A stretch of DNA of 64,000 nucleotides, taken from Azolla caroliniana (taxonomy: Eukaryota; Plantae; Polypodiophyta). The notes below the pieces were generated by a model that was not told the origin of the DNA, did not search any database, and saw only the letters and a program-made list of their open reading frames with translations. The DNA lies in contig JBHGNT010000001.1 in NCBI GenBank assembly GCA_043228905.1, forward strand, positions 10,726,001 to 10,790,000, given 5' to 3'. The position numbers and the translations under genes were made by a program. How positions within the stretch are numbered: position 1 is the first letter of the stretch; each line of letters begins with the position of its first letter. Of this stretch, positions 38,200 to 52,380 are shown one piece after another.

Positions 38200-39300
38200 T
38201 AGAGCCAAGCATATAGTTGGATTTAGTGGACAAGAGAGTTGTGGATGCATTATGGATGACTTGATTAGGGGTTTGAAGGAGTTCAAGATCTCAAATTTGG
38301 GATGTGAAGGGCTACCTAGACAATGTTCAAAAAAATTCAAATAATGTGTAAGCTATAATAGCATTAAGAAATCAATAAGGAACTATGTTGAATATTAAGA
38401 TGCATTTGGATAGAGATTGATTTACATCGACGATAGCACGATCCACTTGTTGGAGATTCATCGACTTTCGGGAATTTACTTTGGTAAAGGAAAGATGAGA
38501 AAGTCGATGGAAATCGCAAAGACAAGAAGGGTGTGTGAGATGCACCATGTAACTTCAACTGGGATAGGCAGACTATGTTGGAGGGAGCAAGGAAAGGAAA
38601 GATTTAGCATGAAAAGGTAGAGAGGGCTAAAAGAAATATTTAGAGCATGACTGGGTGGGTAAACCTAGTCAATGAGAGTAATTGATGGTTGGCCTTGTTG
38701 GTCCTAACTTCATGCCAAGCTCGCGAAGTTTTTGTGGATGATAAAGGAAGGCGCAAGAAGATTCCTTGAAGAAACATGACATAAAAGATACCCATAGGAA
38801 GGAAGAAGCCAATGTTTCAACCTTGCAAGAATTGGGTGAAATGGAAAAAGGAGGGCCAACATACAAGTTGCATTATGACATCAAACAAAAGACTGATAAG
38901 GCCGTAAGAAGATTTTGGAGGAAAGAGTATTTGAATGTTAACTTGAGAACTCACTTAGGGAACTTGCATACATGAAGACTTTTTTTTAGGATATCATCAT
39001 TGACCTCATGAAAAGAAAGAGGTAGTTAACCGAATATGAGAAACTAAAGTTTATAAAGAGCTCAATGACTGTTATCACAATGGAAGGGTGAGGACGAGAA
39101 GAAGAAGAATACATGGATGGCCACTACACATCGTTGCATTATGATCAAGTGATAGCATAAATGTTAGTCCAAATTGAAGATGTTAAAGAACCAATTGTGG
39201 CATTGGCTAATCATGGCGTTGAGATCAATCTGATGTCAATCAAGTTTTACTGGAATTAATGGGCGTTAGGTTATGGATCCTGGTTCATATGGCAACCACA
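38200..39300 (+). pseudogene. Ancient gypsy gag-protease relic
   Basis: ~39190-39250 translates PIVALANHGVEINLMSIKFY, matching the protease motif of the gypsy family at 6431-6763; the rest is heavily mutated. Confidence 0.55.
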
Positions 39301-40389
39301 ATATGCCACATGCCTAGTAGTGTGTAGCAAAGACCCGCAAACCACTTAGTACTACTCCACCCACGTTTACATCACAAGAGCTCACTTGTTAAGTCACTTT
39401 TCACTTTGGCAGGGGGACTCTCTTTTGTTCCTCTAGCATGAATTCTTGGGCATAAGAGGATAGGGTCATTCATACATAAATAAGTATGTATATTTAATAT
39501 CTACCAAGGATGTGTGCAACTAGCCCCAAGTATTTTCTTTGTGCATTTTTTTTTGTCTTGAAGAGCTTATTCCTTATGGTTGCTTTGCTTTGTAACAATG
39601 TCAATGCTTTTTCTCACTACCTTTACTTTTCCTTCTAATGTCTTCTCCAACCCTCTTTACCGGCCATTGTTTGAACCTCACGACTTGTTAGCGGCCGCTT
39701 TGTAGTGGTAAGAGAAGGTAAAATAAAGCGATGCGTTTTATAGAGAGACCTATTCCTTCTCGAATCTCCCCTATGTCAAAGCTTTCTCAATTCATGCTCC
39801 ATGGATATAAAATTTTAACGTGTGAATACAAATAATGTGAGTGTCAAGAAGATCAAATGAACATGGTTGAGACAATCAATAAAATGAGCGCAGTTTGGTA
39901 TCGTAAATCCCCCACGATACACCAAAGCCCTATCTATGCGAGGAATTCCGGAATAACGGGATTTCTCTGCAGTAATCGTGAGATGGACATTTGATATATT
40001 TCCAAATGTGAGTAACGGGTTTAGCGAAGGAAGCTCCTAGACGAGAGGGAGCGAGGGCAAGTGGAATCCTGCGTTGGATTCGGTTGGAGGATTCTTGTGA
40101 CTTGCGATACATACATACACATACATGGGGTTGATAGTCTCTACATACATGCATGCATACATACATACATACATACATACATACATACATACATGGGGTT
40201 GATAGTCTCTACATACATACATACATATAGATAAACAAACGCCTTTTTATTTGTTTTTTGGGGTGGTGTTTAGAAGGTGTGTGTCTCTCTGTTTTTGTTT
40301 TGTTGGTTTCTGAATAACTCATAATAACAACAATAACAATAACAATAACAATAATAATAATAATAATAATAATGTGATGGTGGTGACAT

Positions 40390-40582
40390 CATCAACGGCT
40401 CGTTTATGAACCAAAAAGAGGAGAGAGCAGAAATACATAGTAGGGGGGGGGGGGAGAGCCGTTGATGAGCGGAGGCCATCTCAGCCGTTCGTTGCTTCCA
40501 TCGGACGGTCGGTTGGGTTTAGTCTTTTTACACAGTTAACGATGATTTGGAGGGTGGCTGCCTGCCTGTATTGCCCGTTGAG
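40390..40582. promoter_or_regulatory. Cluster of MSA-like (AACGG) elements upstream of the cyclin B gene
   Basis: ATCAACGGCT (~40391), AGCCGTTGAT (~40457), AGCCGTTCG (~40483) and GCCCGTTGAG (~40572). MSA elements are established MYB3R sites in plant CYCB promoters. Confidence 0.7.
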
Positions 40583-40583
40583 C

Positions 40584-40972
<389 letters not shown>

Positions 40973-41126
40973 GCATATTAGGGCTACATACACATCCACG
41001 CCTTTGATGGATTCTTCCAGTGCGATCAAACCAGCGATGGATTGGTTCTTTCAACATTAGCTTAGAAGACAAACCGATCCGTTTCTTGCTCTGCGCTCAA
41101 AATTCGATCATCTCCACTGTCAAAAT

Positions 41127-44100
41127 ATGGACGACACTAGGGTGAGTTTCTGTTAACTACACCAAATTACAGCTTCCTACATTTTCGAAACAAATCAGTG
41201 TGCGAAAATAAAGATGAAGAAGAGAGACGACCTTAGACGGAAAGGAGGGAGGAATATCAATGCTCGTCTTATGGATTAACGTTTTGGTTCTTCATATTTA
41301 TTTGCAGCTCCAAGCTCCCATGGTAGTTTCATGTCACGATGAGAACAATACGAGGATAGTTCATCAAGCAGGTGAAGAGATTAAAAAAAAACAAAAATTC
41401 GAGGTCAAAGATCCATTTTTTTGATGAAATAATCTATGGATTGGTGGATTTAATGTATAAATATGATGGATTTAGTGAGAAATCGAAGAGCTCTTAGCGA
41501 CATTGGGAACCTTGTTGGAGCTCTCTCTGCTCGATGCACAGTAAGCAAGGTTGATGGATCATCGCAGAACACCAAAGAGTACGAACTTACGGATCTTCCT
41601 TTCTGTCTTATAAGTATACAACTTTAATTGAGGCTCCAGCACTTTATCTGAGATTCGCTTACCTATCTTTTTCTTTTCAGAAATCCTGACATGATTAAGG
41701 GATCAGTCGCAAATCGATCCATGGCAAGGTCAGTAACATTTTGATTTGAATCAATGCAGGTACCTCGTTGTAACGTATTTAGAGTTTAGAATGAAGGAAG
41801 AAGAAGAATAAGAAAGAAGTGGCGATTTCTGAAATAAGCTTTGATTGTAGAAATGCTAAGTCGAGATGGCCAATGTGTTTTTTCATCAAAGGTCCATATA
41901 ATGTTTCTTAAATTGCAAACTCAATACGAGGTTGAACAACACTGTCGGAGACGATTCGTACTAGTGATATGAAACCACCTTGAATTGTCGAATCAGAATA
42001 GAGATTGACATGATTTGAAAAGAAACCATGGTATTCCTTATCCATGTTTGGAAATCTAATATTAAGCGGACGATTGTGCAGGAAGTTTGGAGCTACAGTT
42101 GTAATGGCGATTACCAAGCAACAGAAGGAAACAGTTACTATAACCGATCATGTATACACTAAAAAATATGAGCAGAAATCAGAGAATGATTTAGAGGTGG
42201 AATCCAGAGCCAAGCAGAGGAGGACGGAGTACAACAACTACTGTCAGCCTCCTCTGGCAGAAGTTCATGACTGTGACGATGGAGAGCCGATTATGAACTG
42301 CAAAAATCAGAGTGTCAAACGTAATCATCATCAGAAGAAGATTATTTCCTCAAATCAGTTGACCTTAACCGAAGCCCTAATCACTGCACGATCTTGCGAT
42401 AATCAGGTGCACTATAATCATGAAAATGACAACTTTTACGCTGCTGTAGTGGATTAATGACGAGGGGAGAGATCTGGAGTCTGTCTAACAGTATTTATGT
42501 TAAGAAATGGGGAACGATTCGTTTCTGTTATTTTACTGTGATTACTTTCCTCATAGCAGGATTAATGGCGGGTCCTTTTCATCTCTGATATTGATCATTT
42601 TTCTGATATTGCAGTTATGTGCAGAAAGTGGCGGATATGAGGTGGAGATGGAGGAAGCCGAGGAAGCATTGCCCAATATTGACGAGAAAGATGAAGGAAA
42701 CCCAATGTCTGTTGTAGAATATGTAGAAGATATATACGATTTCTACAGAGAGACAGAGGTAATGTATGCCTTAAGACTGATAAAAAATGAATCTCTGGTT
42801 AAGTTTTAATCCTAAAATGAAATAAAGACCACTTTTTGGTTGGGATCGATGAATAATGTATAGTCTATGAATTTCTGGTCTAAGCCCATCAAAAGTTAAT
42901 TCTTTTGGTTGTTTGTATTGATAAATTATGAATCTGTATTTACAACTTTTTGGTCTTAACCAAGTCTGTGTGAATACATGACTCCGATCAATTGAAAGTC
43001 TTGGTTGGGTAGATTATTTTGGTTAAGCTTGAGCGTTTTTTTTCGCTATTCATGGATGGATTGCTGCAATTTCAAGATAATGTAATACATTCTATGATGC
43101 TCTTGGTTTGCTGTAAACGGTTCTGGTATCCTCAAATATTTGAGTTTCAGAATAGTTATACATTCTCTGAGAAGTATGAATTGTCCTGTACAGAATCAGA
43201 GCTGTGTCCCTCCTGATTACATGTCTCGACAAACAGACATTAACGAGAAGATGCGAGCAATTTTGATCGATTGGTTAATCGAAGTAAGGAAGCTGTCAAG
43301 CAATCTTTTACTTTTGTGGAGCTTAATCTAGAGATGACTGCGTGAATCCACCTTTGTTAAGCTAAATGTAGTTAATATGCTGTGAGCAGTAAAGGTGCTC
43401 CTCGCATTCCTGAGATTCAATTATTTGTTTTAGCTTTCATACAAATTTCTTGATAGCCTTCTATTGTTTGACCTTATGGATCTAACCGAGCTTTCTCATT
43501 TCCATATCACTTTTTTACACAACAGGTTCATCTGAAGTTCAAATTGATGCCGGAAACCCTCTTCTTGACCATCAATCTGATAGATAGATTCTTGGCTTGC
43601 CAGGCAGTGATGAGGAAAAACCTCCAGCTAGTAGGCGTGGCTGCCATGCTTTTGGCATCAAAATACGAAGAGATCTGGGCACCAGAGGTTCATGATTTCG
43701 TCTACATTTCTGATAAAGCCTACACAAAGGAGCAGGTTCTTGACATGGTGAGCAATGTTTCTATAATAGACAGAAAACGTTCAGTTTCAGTTGATGCAAA
43801 CAGTCTAACGTTAAGTATTGAACTTTTTTCTTTATTTCCTTAAGTTACCCCTAAGTTTTCCTATTTTTTCCAAGCATTTACACAGAAAACTGTGGTAAAA
43901 GGGATTAAAATCACCATATAAGTTCTCAAACAGTACATATAAGTGTGAAAATGCGAAATGCTGAAAATTTAGGGAGATTTTGAGATGTTATTGAATTAAT
44001 GATGTTTAGTGTTTCATTTTTAATGGTGCTTAAGTGTTAGTGAGTGTTAAATGCTTAACAATGTTCAGTTTTTAAGCTTAAAAGCTGAATTTGATATTGG

Positions 44101-45136
44101 CTTATATGAATACAGGAGAAACAGATGCTCAATAAGCTCCAATTCAACCTCACAGTCCCAACTCCTTATGTGTTTTTGGTTCGATTCCTAAAGGCAGCCA
44201 GCTCAGACACTCAAGTGAGAGTTCATAAATGATTGAACAAATGAAATGAAATGGATGACTCGATGCTTTCTTTCTACATTAAGTTCACTGTTAAATTGAA
44301 CTAATACTTTCATTCTAAATTGTGTGTATAGAGAGTTGAGGGAATGATGGTTCCTTCCTTCTATATTGTGTCAATTGTGAATGAACAATGTGCATACAAT
44401 ATATGTCTAAATAAGCTTATTTCTGATTATAACTGAACACATTGTTGATATGTAGCTCGAGATGTTCGCTTTCTTTCTCGTAGAGCTCTGCCTCACTGAG
44501 TATTGCATGATGAAGTATTCCCCGTCTCACCTCGCTGCCGCCGCCTTGTACACTGCGCACCACACGCTGGACAGAAAGCCCCATTGGACCACAACCCTGC
44601 ATCATCACTCGGGATACACCGAGATGCATCTCAGGTACAGACATTGCACTGTCCTAAACCCTAATCTCAACAAAAACAAGTGTTTCTTGCATTGAAGAAT
44701 ATCTCGCAGCATTCAAATCTCACATTATATGAATTGCCGCATTCCCCACCCCTAAACAATTCTTTCATCAGAAAAGTCTAAATAAACGGATTGTTTCCAG
44801 AACCCCTAATTTGAAAGAAGCTAAAACATTTCGCAGATGATACCTGCGTGGTATTAAAAAATATTTACCTTTTGCTTGATTAATCAATAAACTCTTTGGT
44901 GAAGAAAACAAGCAAATCAACATATTATTGGTACATAATAATAATGTATGGATACTTACTGATCAGTGCTCTTTGTTTGTTAAAAATGTATCCTTTTGGA
45001 CAGAGAATGTGCACTGAAGATGGTGAGCTTCCATCGATCTGCGAGCAAAGGGAGCTTGACTATTGTTCATAAGAAGTATTCTAACCCTAAATTTAATTCA
45101 GTTGCCACTCTGGATCCAGCAGCTAGTTTGCATTAA
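41127..45136 (+). CDS. CYCB: B-type (G2/mitotic) cyclin, 11 exons
   Basis: Exons 41127-41141, 41308-41371, 41476-41578, 41681-41728, 42082-42406, 42615-42758, 43194-43283, 43526-43747, 44116-44214, 44456-44634, 45004-45136, phase-consistent. D-box RALSDIGN; cyclin box [42 protein letters not shown]. The 5' exons are less certain. Confidence 0.93.
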
Positions 45137-45819
45137 TACCCATGACCCAGAACGCAAAGAAGAAAGCTCAACAATTCCTCTTGCTTGAGGGAAGAAGACA
45201 AATAAATTGCAATACAAATTACACAAATGAGGAAAAATGTGATTAATCATGAGGATTAATCTAGTCAAGTCCGTATTCTCATTCTTTTTCAATTTCTGTT
45301 TATTTTTTGTTTGCATCAATCAAACATATATACAACATATGTGGGGAAAAACAGAACCCCCTTTGTGTGATGATTCACAACCAAATCAAATTTGAACAAA
45401 TTTTAATCCTTCAACCAAATCAAATTTGAACAACCATATCTCAATGTTTTGCAAAGCTCTTGTTATCCTTTTTCTCTTTGGTTATGGAACTGTTTGTTTC
45501 GTCGAAACAATGTAGGTTTCAAACAATGGAACTGTTTGTTATATAACCATCACCATTAAAAGGATGAATGCACTTCTATATATCACACCAATACAGGGGT
45601 TTTAAAATACCAATCAGAGGAGGGATAAAGGCACTTATGTTGAAGGAATAGTAGTAATGGAAAGTATTCTATTTTTCATTGAACAAAATGTGCATATACC
45701 TACTAACTACCTTCATTAGTGTGAAAACATTCTATTTTTCATTGAAGAAAATGTGCATATACCGACTTTAACCTGCACGAATGTGTTTATCTATTTGATC
45801 TGTACAGCCTTCCACAATG

Positions 45820-46658
45820 GGGAACAACAATTTTGTCAATTTTGTTTTGGAAATGTGGAAATTCGAGAGCATTGTTGCAATACTACTTTTTTGATCTCAT
45901 TCAACCTTTGCTTGCTTTACGGGAATCGGGTTCCAAGGCACACACTAAAAGTTTGAAAATCAATTATGGCTCAAGTCAAACGGGGAAGAAGAGAACCATA
46001 AGACCAACAAATAGTGCTTGTTCACATAAAAGACACTGACATGAGAGTAGTCGAGAGTTGCTACCACGAGGGGGAACAATTTTGTCAATTTTGTTTTGGA
46101 AATTTGTGAATTTGAGAGCATTGTTGCAATACGACTCTCTTTTTCGGCCTTTTGCTTGCTTTACGGGAATCACGTTCCAAGGCACACAAAAGTTTGGAAA
46201 TCAATTATAGCTCAAGTCATACGGGAACGAAGAGAACCCCAAGGCCAATAAAATAGTGCTTGTTCACATAAAAGATACTAATTGTCTCTTATCGTTGTGG
46301 TTAATTAAAATGACTAATTAAGTATCTATATTGTTCAAATGTTGTTTAGTTGTCTTGTCTACCAACCTCATCAATGCCCCAAGGCCAATAAAATAGTGCT
46401 TGTTCACATAAAAGATACTAATTGTCTCTTATCGTTGTGGTTAATTAAAATGACTAATTAAGTATCTATATTGTTCAAATGTTGTTTAGTTGTCTTGTCT
46501 ACCAACCTCATCAATGCCCCAAGGCCAATAAAATAGTGCTTGTTCACATAAAAGATACTAATTGTCTCTTATCGTTGTGGTTAATTAAAATGACTAATTA
46601 AGTATCTATATTGTTCAAATGTTGTTTAGTTGTCTTGTCTACCAACCTCATCAATGCC
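45820..46658. repeat. ~250-bp diverged duplication followed by near-perfect 3x140-bp tandem repeat
   Basis: GGGAAC..AATTTTGTCAATTTTGTTTTGG at about 45820 and 46072; CCCCAAGGCCAATAAAATAG at 46237, 46377 and 46517. Confidence 0.9.
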
Positions 46659-48264
46659 ATGCATTATTTAAATTACTTCATGTTCCTATTTTTGCTAACC
46701 ATAAGAACATCTCAACAATGGAATATATTGTGTGGGTTAATCTCGATTTAGTCCTATTGTTCATCTTACATGTTACTACCCCGTTAAAACCTATGGATAA
46801 CAAACGGTGTAAAAAGTGTTGTGTATTTAAGTTGAAAAAAAGTATGCAATTTTTAAAAGTTTGATTATTCAATGGTGTAATTTAGATTAATGCTCGGTTA
46901 TGGAAATTTTGATTATTCAATAGTTGATAGCTATCTTTCACGCTCTAAAAGGATTGAATTTTGGGGTTAATGACAAATATAGTGTTGCACCCAAGTAACA
47001 AGTAAGAAACTAAGCAAAAACAAGCATATCATACAAGTATCTCATAACATATTTTGTGTTGAGTTTGGTACAAACTTTCATGACACGTCCTTTTTATGGC
47101 ATTCTACTTCATGTTTGGCCCCTTTTTTAGGACATGCTCTTCCTTTAAACTTTGTCATGTGTACCAACCACCCTTATGAAGCACGAGCATTCCTAGCATC
47201 AACGACATGTGGTCTCTTTAAAGAGGGCTACACCTTGAGAATTTATGCCCATTCCTCCAAAAAACTATATTAGGTTGGCTCACGAATTCTAAAATCAGAT
47301 TTTCCAGGATAGGATAAGACATAGATTGGTTTCATTAAGTCTAATCATCATCATAAAATGCTTTCTCTTCCTCTCACTCAATTTGTTCTCGCTCTTACTC
47401 TGTCGTACTATTGTTTTTAGACATTGTAATTTGTGGGTAATGTTTTTAAATAGTATACAATATAGTTAATATTTAATTATGTTTCCGTTAAGTGCTCATT
47501 ATAATTATATATGAGAAGATGCCTTATATTCATAATAGATGTGCATTATCGCACCATATTTAACTAGTTCTTCTTCATTTCACTCTTCATATAATAGAAC
47601 TCTGAACAAGTATGTGTTCAAGCGTTCTTTGATTTTGTGACGCTATTAATGCACAAATATTATATGCACACAAACTTGTTAGATGCTTTGACATATGTGA
47701 TTACATTGTACATGCTATATGTGCACAAACCCGTTTTTATGCGACAATAATGCACACACGTATAAGATCGGACATGATTTTGGGCATCACCATATGTCTA
47801 GGGTTTCATGGCATGTGATCAAGGTGAGACCGACATCGAACATTAGGATTTGACATTTATCTATTGGATGAGATCCCAACTTTTCACCGAAATGATGTGA
47901 AATCGGTGAACTACTTGTTTATATTTATTGTGAGCAACCTAAAAAGCAGTGTACTTTCCAATAAACAAAAAAAGTAGTCCCCATATCAAAGCTACAACAT
48001 GTGACTTTCTGTATTTCCTGTATATAAAGTGTTGTGTGATCTCCACAATTGAAATATGTAGACAAATATATGACCCATCGAAATATAAACATAACATTGG
48101 TCGGTTATGTCAGCTTTGACATTGGCAATTTGAATTTTTGACTTGTAAAAAAAGAAGGCCTGAACCATTTGTTTTAAGTGATTCATGCCATAATTGCAAG
48201 TTCGACCCTCTTGAGTAATGTCATAATTGCCGATACTCTTTTACATGTATTTTCAAAGAAGAAA

Positions 48265-48813
48265 TCAACAACAATAAAGTGGTGATTGGGGAGGAGGACA
48301 ATGTAATAGAGCATAAGGTGGAATATTGGTTAAATCCTTGTATCCACTTGACAATGTTAAGAATGTTCCAAGCAATCCTGAATGTGATGTTCTCCCTTGT
48401 CTAACGTTGCTAGGTTCACAAGGTAGCCCGTCTGTGTAAAGAGGCCCTGACTTTACCTTTTGTTGCCTAGTTCTACAATGGTTGTTCATGGCGTCGAGGT
48501 TTGCACTGTAACTGCTTTTAGGTTTCCGCTTGGTTTGGCTCGAATAATTTTGCTCAAATAATGTGGGATGTTCAAGAGTGGAGAAAAAAGTGTTGAATTC
48601 ACCCTCAGATTCGTGATAGTGGGACATTGGCCGTTTCCAAAATAGGAAACTTTTCCAAGATTTAGAAGATTTGGGGTTTCTCAATTTGGCTTCCAACTGT
48701 CTATAAGCGTCGAGTTGGCATTCTGACGGAGCCTGAAGCCATGAGGTTTTTTCCTCAATAGTTTGTCCCGAAATGTTGAGATGGTTTCGAGCTTCCTCCA
48801 AGATCTGATGCAT
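48265..48813 (-). CDS. Probable uncharacterised conserved land-plant protein (possibly 3' exon only)
   Basis: 182-aa ORF in AT-rich DNA with DAYRQL, KSWKSFLFW, SGPLY, SGLLG, PY.LL and C-terminal PLY motifs, recalled from an unnamed plant family. Confidence 0.55.
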   Translation of the reverse strand: MHQILEEARNHLNISGQTIEEKTSWLQAPSECQLDAYRQLEAKLRNPKSSKSWKSFLFWKRPMSHYHESEGEFNTFFSTLEHPTLFEQNYSSQTKRKPKSSYSANLDAMNNHCRTRQQKVKSGPLYTDGLPCEPSNVRQGRTSHSGLLGTFLTLSSGYKDLTNIPPYALLHCPPPQSPLYCC

Positions 48814-49531
48814 TAAATAATGATTAAATGGTTATCAAATTCATTAGGCACAATAAAATTACATGCAAAATAGAGCTAATATGAAGTCTAATGCAACATT
48901 ACTTCTATAAAAGACTTTGGATGCATTTCATCATGATGAAATGAACCACTCCAACATCAATAAACACCTACAATTATGCCTTACTAAAGAGAGTTTCAAT
49001 AATGTGACATGATGGCATGTGCAAGTTAGATATATGAAAAATTTGTATACCTTTGTCTTATTGTGAGATGATTGGAAAGGTTGGAGCCCATGGGGTTCCA
49101 CTAAAAATTCTTATTGTGGGAGATGACACAAAAGTTTACAGTTCTAACTTCTGTAACTAGGATTGCCTTCACATTGCATGCCAAATTACAATCACCTTTA
49201 ACCTTTTTCAAATGGACAAATATTAACCCCCTTTCAAAATGACCATGTGCACACCACACCTCCTATTGCTCTATTCACCCTTCCTCCTTTCCTACATATT
49301 AATAAATCAAAACAAAACTCGGCGTTTCTAAAGTTGTCCTATCAAGAGCATGCCCTCTAGAGACAAATGGGCGTGTTCAGAGGAGAAAGATAAATGAAAC
49401 TTTTGCCATATCCTCTACATAATGCCAGGGCGGATCTTTTAAAATGTAAGGTTTTGATTGAATAAAGACATTGCTACGGACAAACAAAACGTAGTTGGAA
49501 GCTAATCAAAATGTAGTACAATAAAGCAACA

Positions 49532-50076
49532 TCTGATACCAATGAGGCGGGGGGGTTGATGTTTCCCTAAGAGACAAAACAAGCAAACACACACGCAAAC
49601 CCAACACAAGCAAAGGCTTTACATATATAATCCTTGGAGAGACACATACATAACAAAAGTTAGTTTGGGCCAAAACTAGGCATGAACTTGCATGTTACAA
49701 TAGCTTGCCTACATGCACAATGCTAACACACACACACAACTAACAACAAAAACCACCTAGTGAACTCTTGCAACTTCGTGTAACATGGGGTAAACCTAAC
49801 TTGTTCATACACTTCTTCGGATATAACACACACACACACACAACTAACAACAAAAACCACCTAGTGAACTCTCGCAACTTCATGTAACATGGGGTAAACC
49901 TAACTTGTTCGTACACTTCTTCGGATATAAGGTCTCTATCGTAAGCATATTTCAAAAACCTTATTTATGGTCATTTGGTAACACAACAATATTTTTCGCT
50001 TACCTGAGCGTAGTCTTTCTCGGGATCGAACTCGAGCATGTCGCAAGGATAGTGAGGGTGCAAGTGGGCCACATCA
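49532..50076 (-). mobile_element. LTR remnant with partial tRNA-iMet PBS
   Basis: TCTGATACCA (49532-49541) next to TGA...TCA-bounded 49543-50076, with an internal ~103-bp duplication (49725-49930). No TSD verified. Confidence 0.4.
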
Positions 50077-50199
50077 TTGGATTTATTCACTGATTCACCC
50101 CCCCCTCCTCCACTGCATTGAAATTGTTTTCACCTTTTTCATAAAAGTATTAAAGAATGGGCAAAACATTTCCTCTTAATTCAGGAGATTAACTTGTCC

Positions 50200-50470
50200 T
50201 CTTAGTTACATATTAATTAGGCTTCTTAATTACACATTAATTAGGTTTCTTAGTTACACATTAATTAGGCTTCTTAGTTACACATTAATTAGGCTTCTTA
50301 ATTACAATTTACACACATTAAGTAGGCATCTTAGTTACAAGTTAATTAGACAAGAGTGCCACACTAATCACCTTTCTGAATGTACATTAATTTCGGCTTC
50401 CTAATTACACTGAAATGTACATTACTTACAATTAACATTTGAAGACAGTACATTGATTAGGCTCCTTAAT
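50200..50470. repeat. 24-bp AT-rich tandem repeat
   Basis: CTTAGTTACACATTAATTAGGCTT units at about 50201, 50225, 50249 and 50273, decaying rightwards. Confidence 0.8.
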
Positions 50471-51659
50471 TACCATTCATCTTAAATTTGTGTAAAATGC
50501 CCACATTTCACTAGATGTTTCATTACCACATCTAATTTAACTATCTGTATTTGATTGGATCTCTTAATTCCCACGAATTATGCTGTTAACTGCATCAATT
50601 AGATGTTTCATTATCATATCTATTTTAACCAACTCTATTTGATTAGAACTTTTAATTACTACCACGAATTATGCTCTTAACTACATCAATTAGTGCCCTG
50701 AACCATCCTAGTAATATTTTCCTAATTACATTCACTTTATCCTTAGTGATTATGCTCTAATTTCACCATAACTTTCGATTAGGTTGCCTTAAGCCCTAAA
50801 TTCAATAAGGCTGTTAATTAGCTTGTTTAGAGTTACCAGAAGATTAACTATTTGATTAGGATTATACTTCTTAATTACCATGAATCTAAGCTTAACGGCC
50901 TAATAAAAGAACCTATCAGGTTTTTCCAAGAGTAATTAATGTACCATGATAGATGATTAGTCTGCTTCACTTCGACGGCTGATTTGTGCTTCTGATCTCT
51001 TCTCTTCCATTTAAACCCTGCACTCATTTATATGTATATATACACCATAAAGATGATTAATAGGGTTTTAAGAGCTTACTTAGAGCTATATATAAACCAT
51101 AAAAATGATTACTAGGGTTTTACGAACTTAATTAGAGCTACTTCATTATGTGCAGATTCTTTTTTATTTACTTATTGCTGATGATATTTGCTCACTCCCG
51201 ACTAATTTTCACTCAAATAATTACTAATCCTTTCTTAATTACGGCGACTACGGCGTACTAAATTTACTGCTAATCCTGGCGGCTAGTTGCTACTTATCCG
51301 TACTACTGGCTTTTGGTAATTCTTGCTCCTAATCACTAGTAACTACTGCTAATCCTTACTACAAATTACTACTAGCTAGTACTAATTCTCTACCGTAAGC
51401 ATAATTAACTTCTACTAATCGCTTCTCCTCATTACTACTTACTTCTCCTAAATCCTTGTTTTTTTATTCCCCCGAAGTACTGCTCAGAATTAAATTACCA
51501 TGATAACCTTTGAGGAAGGAGCCCATGAAAGCTAAGAAGCTCTGGAAATGTCACAGATAAAAGAAAGAGAAAAGAGAGGGAAAAGCTGAGGCTTGGAATC
51601 CTATGAGAATGAAGGGATACATCTGCACAAAGCGTGGAGAAAGAACAAGTTACAGAACA

Positions 51660-51702
51660 GACTCACCCACACACAGACACAGAAACACAGAGAAACACAG
51701 AG

Positions 51703-51795
<93 letters not shown>

Positions 51796-52076
51796 AAGAG
51801 TATCTGTGTGTGTGAGAGAGAGAGAGGGAGAGAGTATGTGTGTGTGAGAGAGAGAGAGGGAGAGAGTATGTGTGTGTGAGAGAGAGAGAGAGAGAGAGGG
51901 AGAGAGTATGTGTGTGTGAGAGAGAGAGAGAGAGAGGGAGAGAGTATGTGTGTGTGTGAGAGAGAGAGGGAGAGAGTATGTGTGTGTGTGAGAGAGAGAG
52001 GGAGAGAGTATGTGTGTGTGTGAGAGAGAGAGAGAAAGGAGAGAGAGTATGTGTGTGTGTCTGAGAGAGAGAGAGA

Positions 52077-52109
<33 letters not shown>

Positions 52110-52284
52110 GAGAGAGTATGTATGTGTGCGTGTGAGAGAGAGATAGAAAGAAAGAGAGAGAGTATGTGTGTGTTTGAGAGAGAGAGAGAGGAGAGAGAGT
52201 ATGTGTGTGTGTGAGAGAGAGAGAGATAGAAAGAAAGAGAGAGAGTATGTGTGTGTGTGAGAGATAGAGAGAGGAGAGAGAGTA

Positions 52285-52324
<40 letters not shown>

Positions 52325-52380
52325 TCCCCTCTCATGTGTGTGTGCACCCACCCTATAACCACCCCACACACACACACATC
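51660..52380. repeat. Compound (GA)n-GTAT-(GT)n higher-order microsatellite
   Basis: Repeated units of GAGAGAGTAT(GT)n(GA)n over about 700 bp. Confidence 0.95.
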
